Below are positions 18,819 to 28,510 of a DNA stretch of 64,000 nucleotides, one piece after another. Under the pieces are notes generated by a model that saw nothing but the letters and a program-made list of their open reading frames with translations, was not told the DNA's origin and did not search any database. Numbering within the stretch: the stretch's first letter is position 1; each line of letters starts with the position of its first letter. Source of the DNA: an uncultured Thermomicrobiales bacterium (GTDB lineage Bacteria; Chloroflexota; Chloroflexia; Thermomicrobiales; CFX8); the NCBI GenBank assembly GCA_964577155.1, contig CAZNYB010000004.1, positions 15,444 to 79,443 of the forward strand, in the 5' to 3' direction. The translations under genes were made by a program, and so were the position numbers.

Positions 18819-19625
18819 TTGGAAGAACCACAACAGAGATGGCCCTCCGGCCGCCGCTCGGCGCTCATCGTCAGCATCGATGTCGATGGCATCTATGGCG
18901 AAGGGAATCACCGGGGTTACGATAATTCCTTCTGGATATCGCAGGCAGAGTACGATCTCGAAGCTGGCATCTGGCGGCTGTTTGACCTGCTCGCCGATCG
19001 GGGTATCAAGGCTTCGTTTTGCTGGGTTGGCCGGTGTGTCGAAGACCGACCGGATGCAATCCTCCGGGCACAGGCAGATGGCCATGAGAATGCGATCCAT
19101 TCGTGGGATCATCGCTACTACGGTGACATGGCCGCTGCCGAACAGCTGCGGGATGCAACGAGTGTGCTGAACAAAATAGAAGAAGTCACCGGCGTGCGGC
19201 CAGTTGGCCATAAAACCGCTTCATGGAACTTTAACGACAGCACACCTGAAGTCGTACAGGATCTCGGATTGCTCTGGCGGATGGATGTTGCCAGACAGGA
19301 TCTGCCCTGGATTGAACGGCCAGATCCGGAAAAACCGCCGGTTGTTCAGCTTCCCCCATCACGGTTTTACGACGACTACACCTATTTCGTTGACCAGACC
19401 GTCAATCCTCGCCACACCGCTGAATTCTGGCGTGACGATCTGGATGTGTTGCGTGCAGAAGGCAAACTGATGTGTCTCACATTGCACCCATGGGTCAGCG
19501 GACGACCAGGACCATCGACTGCAATTGCGAACTTGCTCGACTACGCGATAGATCTGGGTGATATCTGGATTGCTCGTGCCGATCAGGTGGCTCAATGGTG
19601 GCTTGAACAGCACGGTGACGATTAG
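18819..19625 (+). CDS. polysaccharide deacetylase (NodB-homology) family protein
   Basis: IVSIDVDG (motif 1-like) and IHSWDHRYY (HxxxH motif 2-like). TTG start 6 nt after the previous stop. Confidence 0.7.
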   Translation: MEEPQQRWPSGRRSALIVSIDVDGIYGEGNHRGYDNSFWISQAEYDLEAGIWRLFDLLADRGIKASFCWVGRCVEDRPDAILRAQADGHENAIHSWDHRYYGDMAAAEQLRDATSVLNKIEEVTGVRPVGHKTASWNFNDSTPEVVQDLGLLWRMDVARQDLPWIERPDPEKPPVVQLPPSRFYDDYTYFVDQTVNPRHTAEFWRDDLDVLRAEGKLMCLTLHPWVSGRPGPSTAIANLLDYAIDLGDIWIARADQVAQWWLEQHGDD

Positions 19626-19684
19626 CCCTTCGGTCGTCTACTGAAGTTCGTCGAAATGCAGACCAGGAAAAGGATCAACTATTC

Positions 19685-21292
19685 ATGAGATCAAGCAATG
19701 GAAGCATCATCTTCGTAAACGGCCACGTCCTGACTGGCGGGTTTGACGATTCTCCGGCAACCAGTGTTGCTATCCACCAGGGCAAAATCGTAGCCGTTGG
19801 CACGGATTCCGATGCGATGGAGTGGGCGTCAACGACCGGAGCAGAAGTCATTGACCTGGCCGGACGAACCATTTCGCCCGGGCTCAACGACGCGCATTGC
19901 CACCCGCTCTATGTTGGCCTTGGTCTGGCAAATGTCGACGCGTCCTCCCCGCCAAACAAATCCGTGGCGGACATTGTCGTCCGGATCGAGCAACGAGTCC
20001 GGCAATCCGAGCCGGGCGAGTGGGTTCAGGGCAGGGGGTATGATCAGGCTCGACTTGTCGATCAGCGGCATCCGACGCGCCACGATCTGGACCCGGTCTC
20101 GCCAGAGAACCCGGTCGTCGTCGTTCGCGCGTGCGGTCATATAGCCGTCGCAAACTCATACGCCTTGCGTGCGGCAGGAGTCAATCGAAATACTCCAGAT
20201 CCCACCGGCGGAACGATCGACCGTGATGAACACGGCGAGCCTACCGGCGTTCTCCGGGAACACGCGCAAGATCTCGTGCGCGACAACATCCCCGAGCCGA
20301 GTCTGGAGCAACAGAAGACGGCATTAATTGTGGCTGGAAACGAATTCCTTTCCAAAGGGGTTACCAGCGTCGGGGAAGCAGGCGTAGCGGACCCCATTCA
20401 TATGCAGGCTTACATCGACCTGAATAATGCCGGCGAACTGCCAGTGCGCACCTATCTCATGATGATGATCGACGAGACGCTCGACAATCTGATCCAGCTA
20501 GGTGTTTCAACTGGATTTGGCGATGAGTGGCTGCGAGTAGGCCCGGCCAAGCTCTTCCTGGACGGTTCTATCGGCGGTCATACCGCGCGAGTTCGGCAAC
20601 CATACGAAGGTGAGCCGGACAACTACGGCCTCTGGATGTACGACCCGGCTGAAATCAAACAAAAGATGATCAAAGCTCACCTGGCCGGCTTTCAACTTTG
20701 CGCCCATGCAATCGGTGACGGCGCAATTGAGCTGCTCCTCGACATTTACGAGGAGGCGCTGGAGCAACTGCCTCGCGAGAACCACCGCCATCGTATCGAA
20801 CACTGTTCGATCATCGATCTGGCGATCGTTCACCGGATCCAGCGCCTTGGCGCAATCCCGATTCCCGGGACAACGTTCCTTCATGATTTCAACAGAGCCT
20901 ATATCGAAGCGCTTGGCTGGGACAGAATCCGATATGCATACGGCATGAACACGTTTTATGAACATGGGATCGTCGCCGCCGCGTCAACCGACGCACCAGT
21001 TGTTGACACCAGCGCTACGCTCGGCTTGCAAACGATGATGACCCGGCTCAGTGAGGAAGGGTTGGTCATGTGGGAGGAAGAGAAGATCTCGCTCAATGAG
21101 GCGATTCGCGCCTATACCTGGAACGGCGCATACGCGACATTTGAGGAACATCTCAAAGGGACGCTGGAGCCGGGTAAAATCGGAGATGTAACCGTATTCG
21201 AAACGAACATCTCCCAGGTGGAGGCGGAAGCTATGGGACAGGTGCAGGTGGACTATACCGTCACCGATGGATACATCGCTTACGCACGTTAG
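19685..21292 (+). CDS. Amidohydro_3-type metal-dependent amidohydrolase (YtcJ-like)
   Basis: GLNDAHCHP metal site, HAIGDGAI, RIEHCS, and size ~535 aa. Confidence 0.8.
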   Translation: MRSSNGSIIFVNGHVLTGGFDDSPATSVAIHQGKIVAVGTDSDAMEWASTTGAEVIDLAGRTISPGLNDAHCHPLYVGLGLANVDASSPPNKSVADIVVRIEQRVRQSEPGEWVQGRGYDQARLVDQRHPTRHDLDPVSPENPVVVVRACGHIAVANSYALRAAGVNRNTPDPTGGTIDRDEHGEPTGVLREHAQDLVRDNIPEPSLEQQKTALIVAGNEFLSKGVTSVGEAGVADPIHMQAYIDLNNAGELPVRTYLMMMIDETLDNLIQLGVSTGFGDEWLRVGPAKLFLDGSIGGHTARVRQPYEGEPDNYGLWMYDPAEIKQKMIKAHLAGFQLCAHAIGDGAIELLLDIYEEALEQLPRENHRHRIEHCSIIDLAIVHRIQRLGAIPIPGTTFLHDFNRAYIEALGWDRIRYAYGMNTFYEHGIVAAASTDAPVVDTSATLGLQTMMTRLSEEGLVMWEEEKISLNEAIRAYTWNGAYATFEEHLKGTLEPGKIGDVTVFETNISQVEAEAMGQVQVDYTVTDGYIAYAR

Positions 21293-21308
21293 AATTGGAG
21301 TACAAACC

Positions 21309-22001
21309 GTGCCAGAATTGAAATATATTGCGCACTCGGCGTTCACCATTACCCACGAGGAGACCGTTGTCGCAGTAGATCCGTTTATCACCGGAAATCC
21401 CCTGGCGACGGTCGCCGCCGCTCAGATCTCACCGACAGTGATTCTTATTACCCACGCCCACAACGATCATGTTGGAGACGCACTGGAGATGTCCAAACGT
21501 ACCGGAGCGCCAATCATCACCATCTTCGAGCTTGGCGAGTATTTGGGCTGGCAAGGCGCGACGACGATTGCGGCTAATCACGGCGGGACCGTCGCGTTCG
21601 AAGGCGGAACGGTGAAGCTCGTGCCAGCCTGGCACTCTTCCGGCTACGAGGCGTTCAGCCAGCACAGTGTCGCGCCAGGAGTACCGGCTGGATTGATCGT
21701 AACCATCGGTGAAAAGAAGATCTATTTCGCAGGTGACACCTGCTTGTTTCTGGATATGCAACTGATCGGCGAGGAAGAGCTTGACGTCGCTGTCCTGCCA
21801 ATCGGCGATCTTTACACCATGGGACCAGCTGACGCCGTCCGTGCCGCGAGATTTTTACGGGCTAAACATGTGATTCCCTGCCACTACAACACATTCCCGC
21901 CTATCGAACAGGATCCGCTTGCATTCAAAAAAGAGGTTGACGAGAAGACGGATTCCACCTGCATTGTGCTTTCGCCTGGTGAATCCTGGACCGTGGAGTA
22001 G
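21309..22001 (+). CDS. UPF0173-type metallo-beta-lactamase-fold hydrolase
   Basis: YIAHSAFTI start region and THAHNDHVGD (HxHxDH). Start moved to GTG 21309 (GGAG 8 nt upstream), which removes the overlap with the previous gene. Confidence 0.8.
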   Translation: MPELKYIAHSAFTITHEETVVAVDPFITGNPLATVAAAQISPTVILITHAHNDHVGDALEMSKRTGAPIITIFELGEYLGWQGATTIAANHGGTVAFEGGTVKLVPAWHSSGYEAFSQHSVAPGVPAGLIVTIGEKKIYFAGDTCLFLDMQLIGEEELDVAVLPIGDLYTMGPADAVRAARFLRAKHVIPCHYNTFPPIEQDPLAFKKEVDEKTDSTCIVLSPGESWTVE

Positions 22002-22015
22002 GAACTGAGACTTCA

Positions 22016-22402
22016 GTGGCACAGGAGAACACCCAACGAACTGCAATTGAGGCTGAACTTCAGCGCACCGCCTTCCAGCGGAAAGTTGTTACCAACCTGA
22101 CAATGCAAGAAGTTTTCGACGATGCGGTGACATTCTTCAGGGAACGTGGTTACCGCGCAGGACGGACCGGTAGACCGAACCAGCTCTTCGTCATGGGTGG
22201 ACGCGAAGGCCAGCTTCCACGCGTCACAGCCGAGATGCTGATCCAGACCGGCGTTGGAAAGTCAAAGGTGACAATGATCTCAATATCCGGAGCGGGTGAG
22301 CAACTCTCGCAGGCGCTGGAAGATTATGCCGGGCACCTGCGGGCACTGCGAGCAAGCGCCCGCTCTGGCGAGTCCGGCAATCCGGAAAACGGCTGGGTAT
22401 AA
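22016..22402 (+). CDS. hypothetical protein (128 aa)
   Basis: ORF with a GTG start 14 nt after the hydrolase stop. No motif recognised. Coding status rests on ORF length and position only. Confidence 0.45.
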   Translation: MAQENTQRTAIEAELQRTAFQRKVVTNLTMQEVFDDAVTFFRERGYRAGRTGRPNQLFVMGGREGQLPRVTAEMLIQTGVGKSKVTMISISGAGEQLSQALEDYAGHLRALRASARSGESGNPENGWV

Positions 22403-22416
22403 TCTCGTCGGAAATA

Positions 22417-22489
22417 GCCTCCGTAGTTCAGGGGATAGAACGTCGGCCTTCTAAGCCGAATGTCGCAGGTTCGAGTCCTGCCGGGGGCA
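22417..22489 (+). tRNA. tRNA-Arg (anticodon UCU)
   Basis: Hand-folded: acceptor GCCTCCG/CGGGGGC; D arm GTTC-AGGGGATA-GAAC; anticodon stem TCGGC/GCCGA with loop CTTCTAA; T arm GCAGG-TTCGAGT-CCTGC; discriminator A. A small hairpin GTCGGC-AATTC-GCCGAC follows at 22495-22511. Confidence 0.9.
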
Positions 22490-22600
22490 CCCATGTCGGC
22501 AATTCGCCGACGCAATTTGCTTGCCCCTAACTTGACCTCCTGCGCTTTCTAACCTTTCCGTATTGATGTATTGTTGTGCGCGGCTTCACGACGCGTTCGG

Positions 22601-23374
22601 ATGAATGCAACGAGTGCAAACGAGTATATTGGAAACTCCCTGGTGCAGATAACTGTCAAATACTTTGCCTTGATGCGGGAACAGCTCGGCATCTCCGAGG
22701 AGACGCTCGACCTACCGGCAGGAAGCGTCGTCAGAGATGCCTGCGCGATTGTTGTCGCGAAGCTGGGAGATCTGGGACCGCTTGTCGACCGCTCGATGAT
22801 CATGCTCAATCAGGAGTATGTTGAACCTGACCATACGCTGAATGAAGGTGACGAAGTTGCGATCATTCCGCCGGTAAGCGGCGGCGGGCATTTTCGTGTT
22901 CATTCCGATGAGCTTGATGCCACCCGTGTTGCCAGCCACGTGGAAGATCCAGGGGCTGGGGCAATCATTACCTTTTCTGGTGTCGTCAGAGACAATGCTC
23001 GCGGCAACACGGTTTCAAAACTCGAATACGAAGCCTATCCAGCCGCAGCTGAGAAGATGCTGGCGCAAATCGGTGATGAGATGACCGATCAGTGGCCATT
23101 GCTCGGCATCGCCATCGAACACCGCATTGGTACGCTGACTGTCGGCGAAACGAGCGTCGTCATCGCGGTGTCATCCGCGCACCGGGAAGCGGCATTTGAA
23201 GCATCAAGCTATGCAATCCGAAGAATAAAAGAAATCGTCCCAATCTGGAAAAAAGAGTTCTATGAAGGTGGAGCAACCTGGATTGGCAGTGAGCACGAGT
23301 ACCAGGTTGAAACCGGCAGGATACTAGCTACCAGCAGTGAACCGGAAGGAATACGAAATCGTGACAACGCTTAG
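22601..23374 (+). CDS. fused molybdopterin synthase MoaD-MoaE
   Basis: The N-terminal ~85 aa is ubiquitin-like MoaD ending ..VAIIPPVSGG(G). It continues without a stop into MoaE (GAIITFSGVVRD ... LEYEAYP ... PIWKKE). Start taken at ATG 22601; the tracked start is 22571. Confidence 0.85.
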   Translation: MNATSANEYIGNSLVQITVKYFALMREQLGISEETLDLPAGSVVRDACAIVVAKLGDLGPLVDRSMIMLNQEYVEPDHTLNEGDEVAIIPPVSGGGHFRVHSDELDATRVASHVEDPGAGAIITFSGVVRDNARGNTVSKLEYEAYPAAAEKMLAQIGDEMTDQWPLLGIAIEHRIGTLTVGETSVVIAVSSAHREAAFEASSYAIRRIKEIVPIWKKEFYEGGATWIGSEHEYQVETGRILATSSEPEGIRNRDNA

Positions 23375-24812
23375 CGACCTGTTACACACCGTTGAAGAGT
23401 CCCGGGAGGAGCTGATCCAGCTGACTCAGGATCTGGTGCAAGTGCCATCGGTTAACACCGGGCACAATCACGAGCCGCCCTGGAACGCCGATGGCACCGG
23501 ATTTTCAGAACCGGACGTCCCGTATATTCTCGAAGGGGACCTGCCAACCGGCCGGGAGCTGCCATGCGCTGAAATCATCAAAGACAAGCTAGCCGAGCAC
23601 GGTATCGGTTCGACAATCTATCTCTCTCAGATTGAGCGAGCGAACATCGTCGCCAGGCTTGACGGCCAGTCCAGTGGACCCAGCCTGCTCTACATGTCAC
23701 ACATCGATGTTGTTCCAGTTGAAGACGCCGACCAGTGGACCTATCCGCCATTTGGCGCGGAGATTCACGAAGGGCGGATTTGGGGACGCGGGGCGGCTGA
23801 CATGAAAGGGACCGTCGCTGCTGAAACGATGGCTATGATCATCCTGAAGGAGTCTGGCGTCAAACTGTCCGGTGATCTGAAGCTTGCGGTCTGCGCCGAC
23901 GAGGAGTCAGGTGGCGCCTACGGGTTTGGCTGGCTGGCACAACATCACCCCGAGCATCTTGAAGCGGACTATGCCATCAATGAAGGTGGCGGCGCGCCAC
24001 AAAAGGTCGAAGACCGGCTGATCTATCCGATCAACACCGGTGAAAAAGGTCGCCTCGAAGCTCGCATCTATATCAAGGGGCGCGGCTACCATGCATCACA
24101 ACCGTGGATGGCAGACAATGCTCTCTACAAAGCTCAGCGCATCCTGGACCGTATCGAACACTATGAGCCGGAGGTGTCCACCGCTCACCCGCTATTTCAA
24201 CACCTTGACGTCCTGGCCGGCGTCTCAAGCAAAGTAACTGATGACAATATCGACCAGGTGATCGCCGATCTCTGGGACGAGCAGCAGAGCCTGGCATCAT
24301 TCCTTCGCGCCGCCAGCCGCATGACACTGGTTGCTTCGATGATCAATGGAGGCGTGAAATCCAATAGTGTCGCCGAGAACTGCCTGATCACCTGTGATGT
24401 TCGCACTCTGCCTGGTCAGTCAGCCCGATACGTAAAAGAACAGATCGAAGGGCTTTGCGAAGGAATAGAAGGCACGCGAGTTGAAGTCATGGAAACTTCA
24501 CCTCCGAGTGATTCACCCTTCGACCACCCGTTCGCCGATCATGTCATGGCTGCCACGAAATCAACCATCAGCCACGCCATTGGACGCGACGACCTTGAAT
24601 TTGTTCCTGGAATCACCGTTGGATTCACCGATTCCTCGTTTGTTCGACCGCTTGGTGACATCGCTTACGGCTTTACACCCGGCCACCCGGACGCCGATCC
24701 ATCGAAGTCAGGCGCGCACAATATCAACGAATCGGCTGACATCGAATCTATTGTGAATATCTGCCGGTTTATGGTTGCCCTGGCCTGGGAAACCGTCGTC
24801 GAGAAGGATTGA
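23337..24812 (+). CDS. M20-family metallopeptidase (ArgE/DapE/CPG2-like)
   Basis: SHIDVVPV, GRGAADMKG, ADEESGG. The start may instead be GTG 23361 (GGAAGGAA upstream). It overlaps the moaDE 3' end. Confidence 0.85.
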   Translation: MNRKEYEIVTTLSDLLHTVEESREELIQLTQDLVQVPSVNTGHNHEPPWNADGTGFSEPDVPYILEGDLPTGRELPCAEIIKDKLAEHGIGSTIYLSQIERANIVARLDGQSSGPSLLYMSHIDVVPVEDADQWTYPPFGAEIHEGRIWGRGAADMKGTVAAETMAMIILKESGVKLSGDLKLAVCADEESGGAYGFGWLAQHHPEHLEADYAINEGGGAPQKVEDRLIYPINTGEKGRLEARIYIKGRGYHASQPWMADNALYKAQRILDRIEHYEPEVSTAHPLFQHLDVLAGVSSKVTDDNIDQVIADLWDEQQSLASFLRAASRMTLVASMINGGVKSNSVAENCLITCDVRTLPGQSARYVKEQIEGLCEGIEGTRVEVMETSPPSDSPFDHPFADHVMAATKSTISHAIGRDDLEFVPGITVGFTDSSFVRPLGDIAYGFTPGHPDADPSKSGAHNINESADIESIVNICRFMVALAWETVVEKD

Positions 24813-24852
24813 CCGGCAGCCCGCCAGGAGTTAACCAACTGAGAGTCAACCT

Positions 24853-26112
24853 GTGGCATCGACGCCAAAATCCGCTGCTGCTCGACTACTATTCCTGGCA
24901 TTGCCATTCCTGTACGCCATAGCGGTATTCACGGCTATTACCTCGAACCAGTTCTGGCTCGACGACTATGGCTGGGTGTCCACCGCCGCGCGAGCAAGCC
25001 ACGACCCTTCATATCTGCTCGATACCCAGGCGGATTTCTTTCGACCAGTCGTTAATTTCGTCTTTTTTGCGAACTTCCTGATCTCGGAGATCGATCCAGC
25101 TGGATACTATCGGATGAACATCGCGCTGCATCTCATCAACGTCGCGCTCCTGATGTTCTTTGCCTACCAAATCACCCGAAAAAACTTCTGGGTAACGACG
25201 CTGACCGGACTTCTCTTCGCTGGCGCAATCGCCAACTACGGAGAGGCAGTGATCTGGATAAGTGGACGAACGGAACTTATCGCCGTCGCCTGGTATCTCG
25301 CAACGCTGATCCTGTTCTGGAGTTTTTGTCACAAAAGGCAGCTAGGTGTGTATAGTGCCGCGATCGTGACGTTTGGACTGGCGTTGCTCTCGAAGGAATC
25401 CGCCGTCACCTTGCTGCCAGCAATGTTTTTGCTCGACTGGCTGGTCGGTGCAACACCTGTGCGAGAACTGCTCCGGCCGACCAGGATGTTTCGGTACCTG
25501 CCGTTCGCCGTGATGCTTGCCGGATACTTACTTGCACAACTCTTTGTTGTTCCAGACAACACAGTCGTTGAAGCTCGACAGTACCAGTTCGGTCCCCACG
25601 TAGTCCCCAATCTTCTGGAATATCTGGCTCTGATGATTGTCCCGGTTGGACCCGAAACGACCGTTGTTAATCTCAGCGACAACGTTGCGAATTTCCTCGA
25701 TGGCGCTCAATCAATCATCGGCATTGTGCTAGTCGCCTTCTGGATCACCGCCGCAATCTGGCTAAAGTCAGGAGTCTATCGGTTTGCCGTTACCTGGATG
25801 ACGCTCGCCATTGTGCCGTACGCATTCTTCACGACCAAAACGACGGTCCGCTATCTGTACCTGCCGTCTGCCGGGTTCGCCCTGGCGGTCGCGGTCATCG
25901 CCGTTGGGCTGATCAGCAGATTCCAGTACCGCTGGAATACCCAGCGTCCGATAAAAGTTGCCGCACTTTCGTTCCTCGGCGCTATCCTGGCAATACAGTG
26001 GTTCGTCGTCAACGCCATCATCCAGCAGTGGTCGGAATGGCAGGATCTGCAAGATCCGGCACATCTCCAGATGCTCGAGGACCTTATCCGTTCACTTGGC
26101 GCCGGCAATTAA
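24853..26112 (+). CDS. polytopic membrane protein, GT39/PMT_2-like glycosyltransferase fold (TMTC/ArnT-like N-terminal region)
   Basis: About 10 or more hydrophobic helices. FFRPVVNF..., YYRMNIALHLINVALLMFF and LLSKESAV resemble the first-loop region of bacterial PMT_2 proteins. Assigned by pattern only. Confidence 0.55.
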   Translation: MASTPKSAAARLLFLALPFLYAIAVFTAITSNQFWLDDYGWVSTAARASHDPSYLLDTQADFFRPVVNFVFFANFLISEIDPAGYYRMNIALHLINVALLMFFAYQITRKNFWVTTLTGLLFAGAIANYGEAVIWISGRTELIAVAWYLATLILFWSFCHKRQLGVYSAAIVTFGLALLSKESAVTLLPAMFLLDWLVGATPVRELLRPTRMFRYLPFAVMLAGYLLAQLFVVPDNTVVEARQYQFGPHVVPNLLEYLALMIVPVGPETTVVNLSDNVANFLDGAQSIIGIVLVAFWITAAIWLKSGVYRFAVTWMTLAIVPYAFFTTKTTVRYLYLPSAGFALAVAVIAVGLISRFQYRWNTQRPIKVAALSFLGAILAIQWFVVNAIIQQWSEWQDLQDPAHLQMLEDLIRSLGAGN

Positions 26113-26113
26113 C

Positions 26114-28081
26114 CTACTCTGGTCCGATATGCCGTTCGAACCACTCGGTGATGTATTCCAGCCGTTTCAGCCGGTTCTTCGGTTTGCCAGATCGGGAGAG
26201 ACCGTGGCTCTCGCCAGCGAACCGAACCATCTCAGTCTCAATCCCCCGGACTATCAACGCGTTGAACATCATCTCCGCCTGTGAGATCGGGCAGCGGTAG
26301 TCCTCTTCCGAGTGAATAATCAACAACGGCGCGGTAATGTCGTTGACATACTTCATCGGCGACAAATTCCAGAAAATATCTGGATCGTCCCAGAAATCGC
26401 CACCAAACGTCTGCTCAGATGAAGCGAAGAAGATATCGTCGGTATACATCGCCGAAATCATCTCGGTCAGGCAGCGTTGGGTACAGGCAACTTGAAACCG
26501 GTCAGTATGTCCGATCATCCAGTTTGTCATGAACCCGCCGTAGGAGCCGCCCAGTACACCCAGGCGTCCAGCGTCAATAAAACCCTGGTCCACGGCATAG
26601 TCGACAACGGACATCTGATCTGGCATATCGGCGATGCCCCACTTCAGGTGCAATCCATGTGCAAATGCATCCCCGTATCCGGTCGATCCCCGGGGATTTG
26701 CATAGATCACAGCAAAACCTTTAGCGGCGAAGAGCTGGAACTCAAACATGAACGTTTCGCCGTACATCCCGAATGGTCCGCCGTGAATTTCCAGCACGGC
26801 GGGACAGGCGCCTGATTCATCGAATTGCGCCGGTTTCATCAGCCAGCCGTGAACTGGCGTGCCGTCATGACTTTGTGCTTCAAAGGATGCTGGTGTTGCC
26901 ACTTCGACTTCGTCGAGCCATTTAGTGTTGCAAGCAGTCAATTGCCGCTCCTGACTCCCGTCGGCGGCACAGGTAAAGATCTCTCCGGGAATAACCGCGT
27001 TGTTCCCAGCGTAGATGAAGTCGCCGCCCGGTGTTCTGCATGGCGCGCCGACACACCGGCCACTCCCGGTCACCGGTGAGACCTCGCCGGATGTGACGTC
27101 AACTTCAGCCAGTCTGGTCGATCCCCGGTCGCCGTAGACAGCTGTGATAGTTGCATCGTCATCCGACCAGATCAATTTTGATGTTGAGTAGCTGATGGTG
27201 TCCGCGATAACGCCCCCGCTGAAACTGCGGTCAAATGTGCCAGTGAGTGACGATGGCGATCCTCCACCGGCTGGAAAGGTAAATATTTCGGTTCGCGGGC
27301 TATCGCCCATAACATTCCTTGTTCCAAGACAGGCGATCTGGCTGCCATCGTTTGAATACACAGGGTTCGACCAGAATCCCTCGCCGTCAGTTAACTGCTT
27401 GATGTCTCCACCGTCAGGACGGACGATGTGAATATCCCTCATGGGGGACAGTTCCCATCCCGCGTCACGATTCCCGGCAAAGGCGATCTGATAGCCAGAA
27501 GGCGACCAGCACGGTGCATAGTGTTCATAGGGACCCGATGTGAGCTGTGTCGATGTACCCGATGCAACATCCACCGCATAAATCTGCCGGTATTTGTCAT
27601 CGAGATAGCCTTCGCCATCAAACCGGAAACGGATGGTCTTTATCTCCCGCACGTCGGATTCTGGATCAGGGGTGATCTCCTGTACTTTGGAGACGACGGC
27701 GATGGATGCGCTATCCGGTGACCAGGTAAAGTCCTCAACCCCATTTTCAAATTCGGTCAATCGGCGCGGTTCGCCGCCTCGAGCAGGCATCAACCAGATC
27801 TGTCCCTTCGCCACGTCATCCGGCTTCCTGTCAGAGGTGAAAGCAAGCCATTTGCCGTCCGGAGACCACCGAGGAGTTGAATCCCGGTAAAGTCCGGAAG
27901 TTAGCCTGACCTGATCGCTGGATTCCAGATCAACGGTCCAGATTTCGGATGTATAGGAGTTCGAATCCTCATTGATACTGGTCACGGTATAGGCAACAGT
28001 GACGCCATCGGGCGATAGGTCGGGATCGTTGACCAGTTTTATCCGGAACAGGTCGCTCGCCTCTATTCGTCGCTTACTCAT
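26114..28081 (-). CDS. S9-family serine peptidase (acylaminoacyl-peptidase/prolyl oligopeptidase type) with N-terminal beta-propeller
   Basis: WSPDG-type propeller repeats, nucleophile elbow GGSYGG, late ..SEEDYRCP.. and ESHG. Confidence 0.85.
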   Translation of the reverse strand: MSKRRIEASDLFRIKLVNDPDLSPDGVTVAYTVTSINEDSNSYTSEIWTVDLESSDQVRLTSGLYRDSTPRWSPDGKWLAFTSDRKPDDVAKGQIWLMPARGGEPRRLTEFENGVEDFTWSPDSASIAVVSKVQEITPDPESDVREIKTIRFRFDGEGYLDDKYRQIYAVDVASGTSTQLTSGPYEHYAPCWSPSGYQIAFAGNRDAGWELSPMRDIHIVRPDGGDIKQLTDGEGFWSNPVYSNDGSQIACLGTRNVMGDSPRTEIFTFPAGGGSPSSLTGTFDRSFSGGVIADTISYSTSKLIWSDDDATITAVYGDRGSTRLAEVDVTSGEVSPVTGSGRCVGAPCRTPGGDFIYAGNNAVIPGEIFTCAADGSQERQLTACNTKWLDEVEVATPASFEAQSHDGTPVHGWLMKPAQFDESGACPAVLEIHGGPFGMYGETFMFEFQLFAAKGFAVIYANPRGSTGYGDAFAHGLHLKWGIADMPDQMSVVDYAVDQGFIDAGRLGVLGGSYGGFMTNWMIGHTDRFQVACTQRCLTEMISAMYTDDIFFASSEQTFGGDFWDDPDIFWNLSPMKYVNDITAPLLIIHSEEDYRCPISQAEMMFNALIVRGIETEMVRFAGESHGLSRSGKPKNRLKRLEYITEWFERHIGPE

Positions 28082-28105
28082 GTTCCCGAGACCTCCCTCG
28101 ATTGT

Positions 28106-28510
28106 TTAGAAATCAACTTCTCTGGCATATGAATTGATCAGCACGGCAACGACCGCGCCAACAACGACAAACAGACCAATGAGAACAAATGCAAACAACC
28201 CCTGGACCAGACCACGATTGAGCAACCGCACTGCCGAGCGCTCTACCTGGAGTCCGGGCAGTGCGATTGCAAGGCTGTACACCAGGGTGGCGGCAACGAC
28301 GATGATAGTGACCGAAACGACCATTCTGCCAAGATCTGGCAGGGCCAGGCCTGCTAACAACCCGACAACGATCAATGCCGGTATTTGCCAGCCGGAGGGG
28401 ACATCGATAGCGGTCAACGGACCGAGATCGTTGGTCGTACTCACGATGATTCCTGCCGCGGCAATGACGCCGCAAAACGTGACGGCGGCAGAGTAGAGAT
28501 ACTCGTTCAC
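28106..28510 (-). CDS. small integral membrane protein (4 predicted TM helices)
   Basis: 134 aa, almost entirely hydrophobic helices. The GTG start overlaps the upstream stop (GTGA). This frame was preferred over the two Arg/Pro-rich alternative frames. Confidence 0.55.
   Translation of the reverse strand: MNEYLYSAAVTFCGVIAAAGIIVSTTNDLGPLTAIDVPSGWQIPALIVVGLLAGLALPDLGRMVVSVTIIVVAATLVYSLAIALPGLQVERSAVRLLNRGLVQGLFAFVLIGLFVVVGAVVAVLINSYAREVDF

Noticed and set aside
22403-22600. tRNA-Arg (and tRNA-Gln at 12916-12986) as an integration site for a genomic island
   Set aside because: There is no integrase, no direct repeat of the tRNA 3' end, and no compositional break that I could see. The flanking genes are ordinary metabolic genes.
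28113-28496. Two alternative 120-aa ORFs (both strands) overlapping the 134-aa membrane-protein ORF
   Set aside because: Their translations are Arg/Pro/Thr-rich and unstructured-looking. The chosen frame gives four clean TM helices and a GTGA-coupled start.
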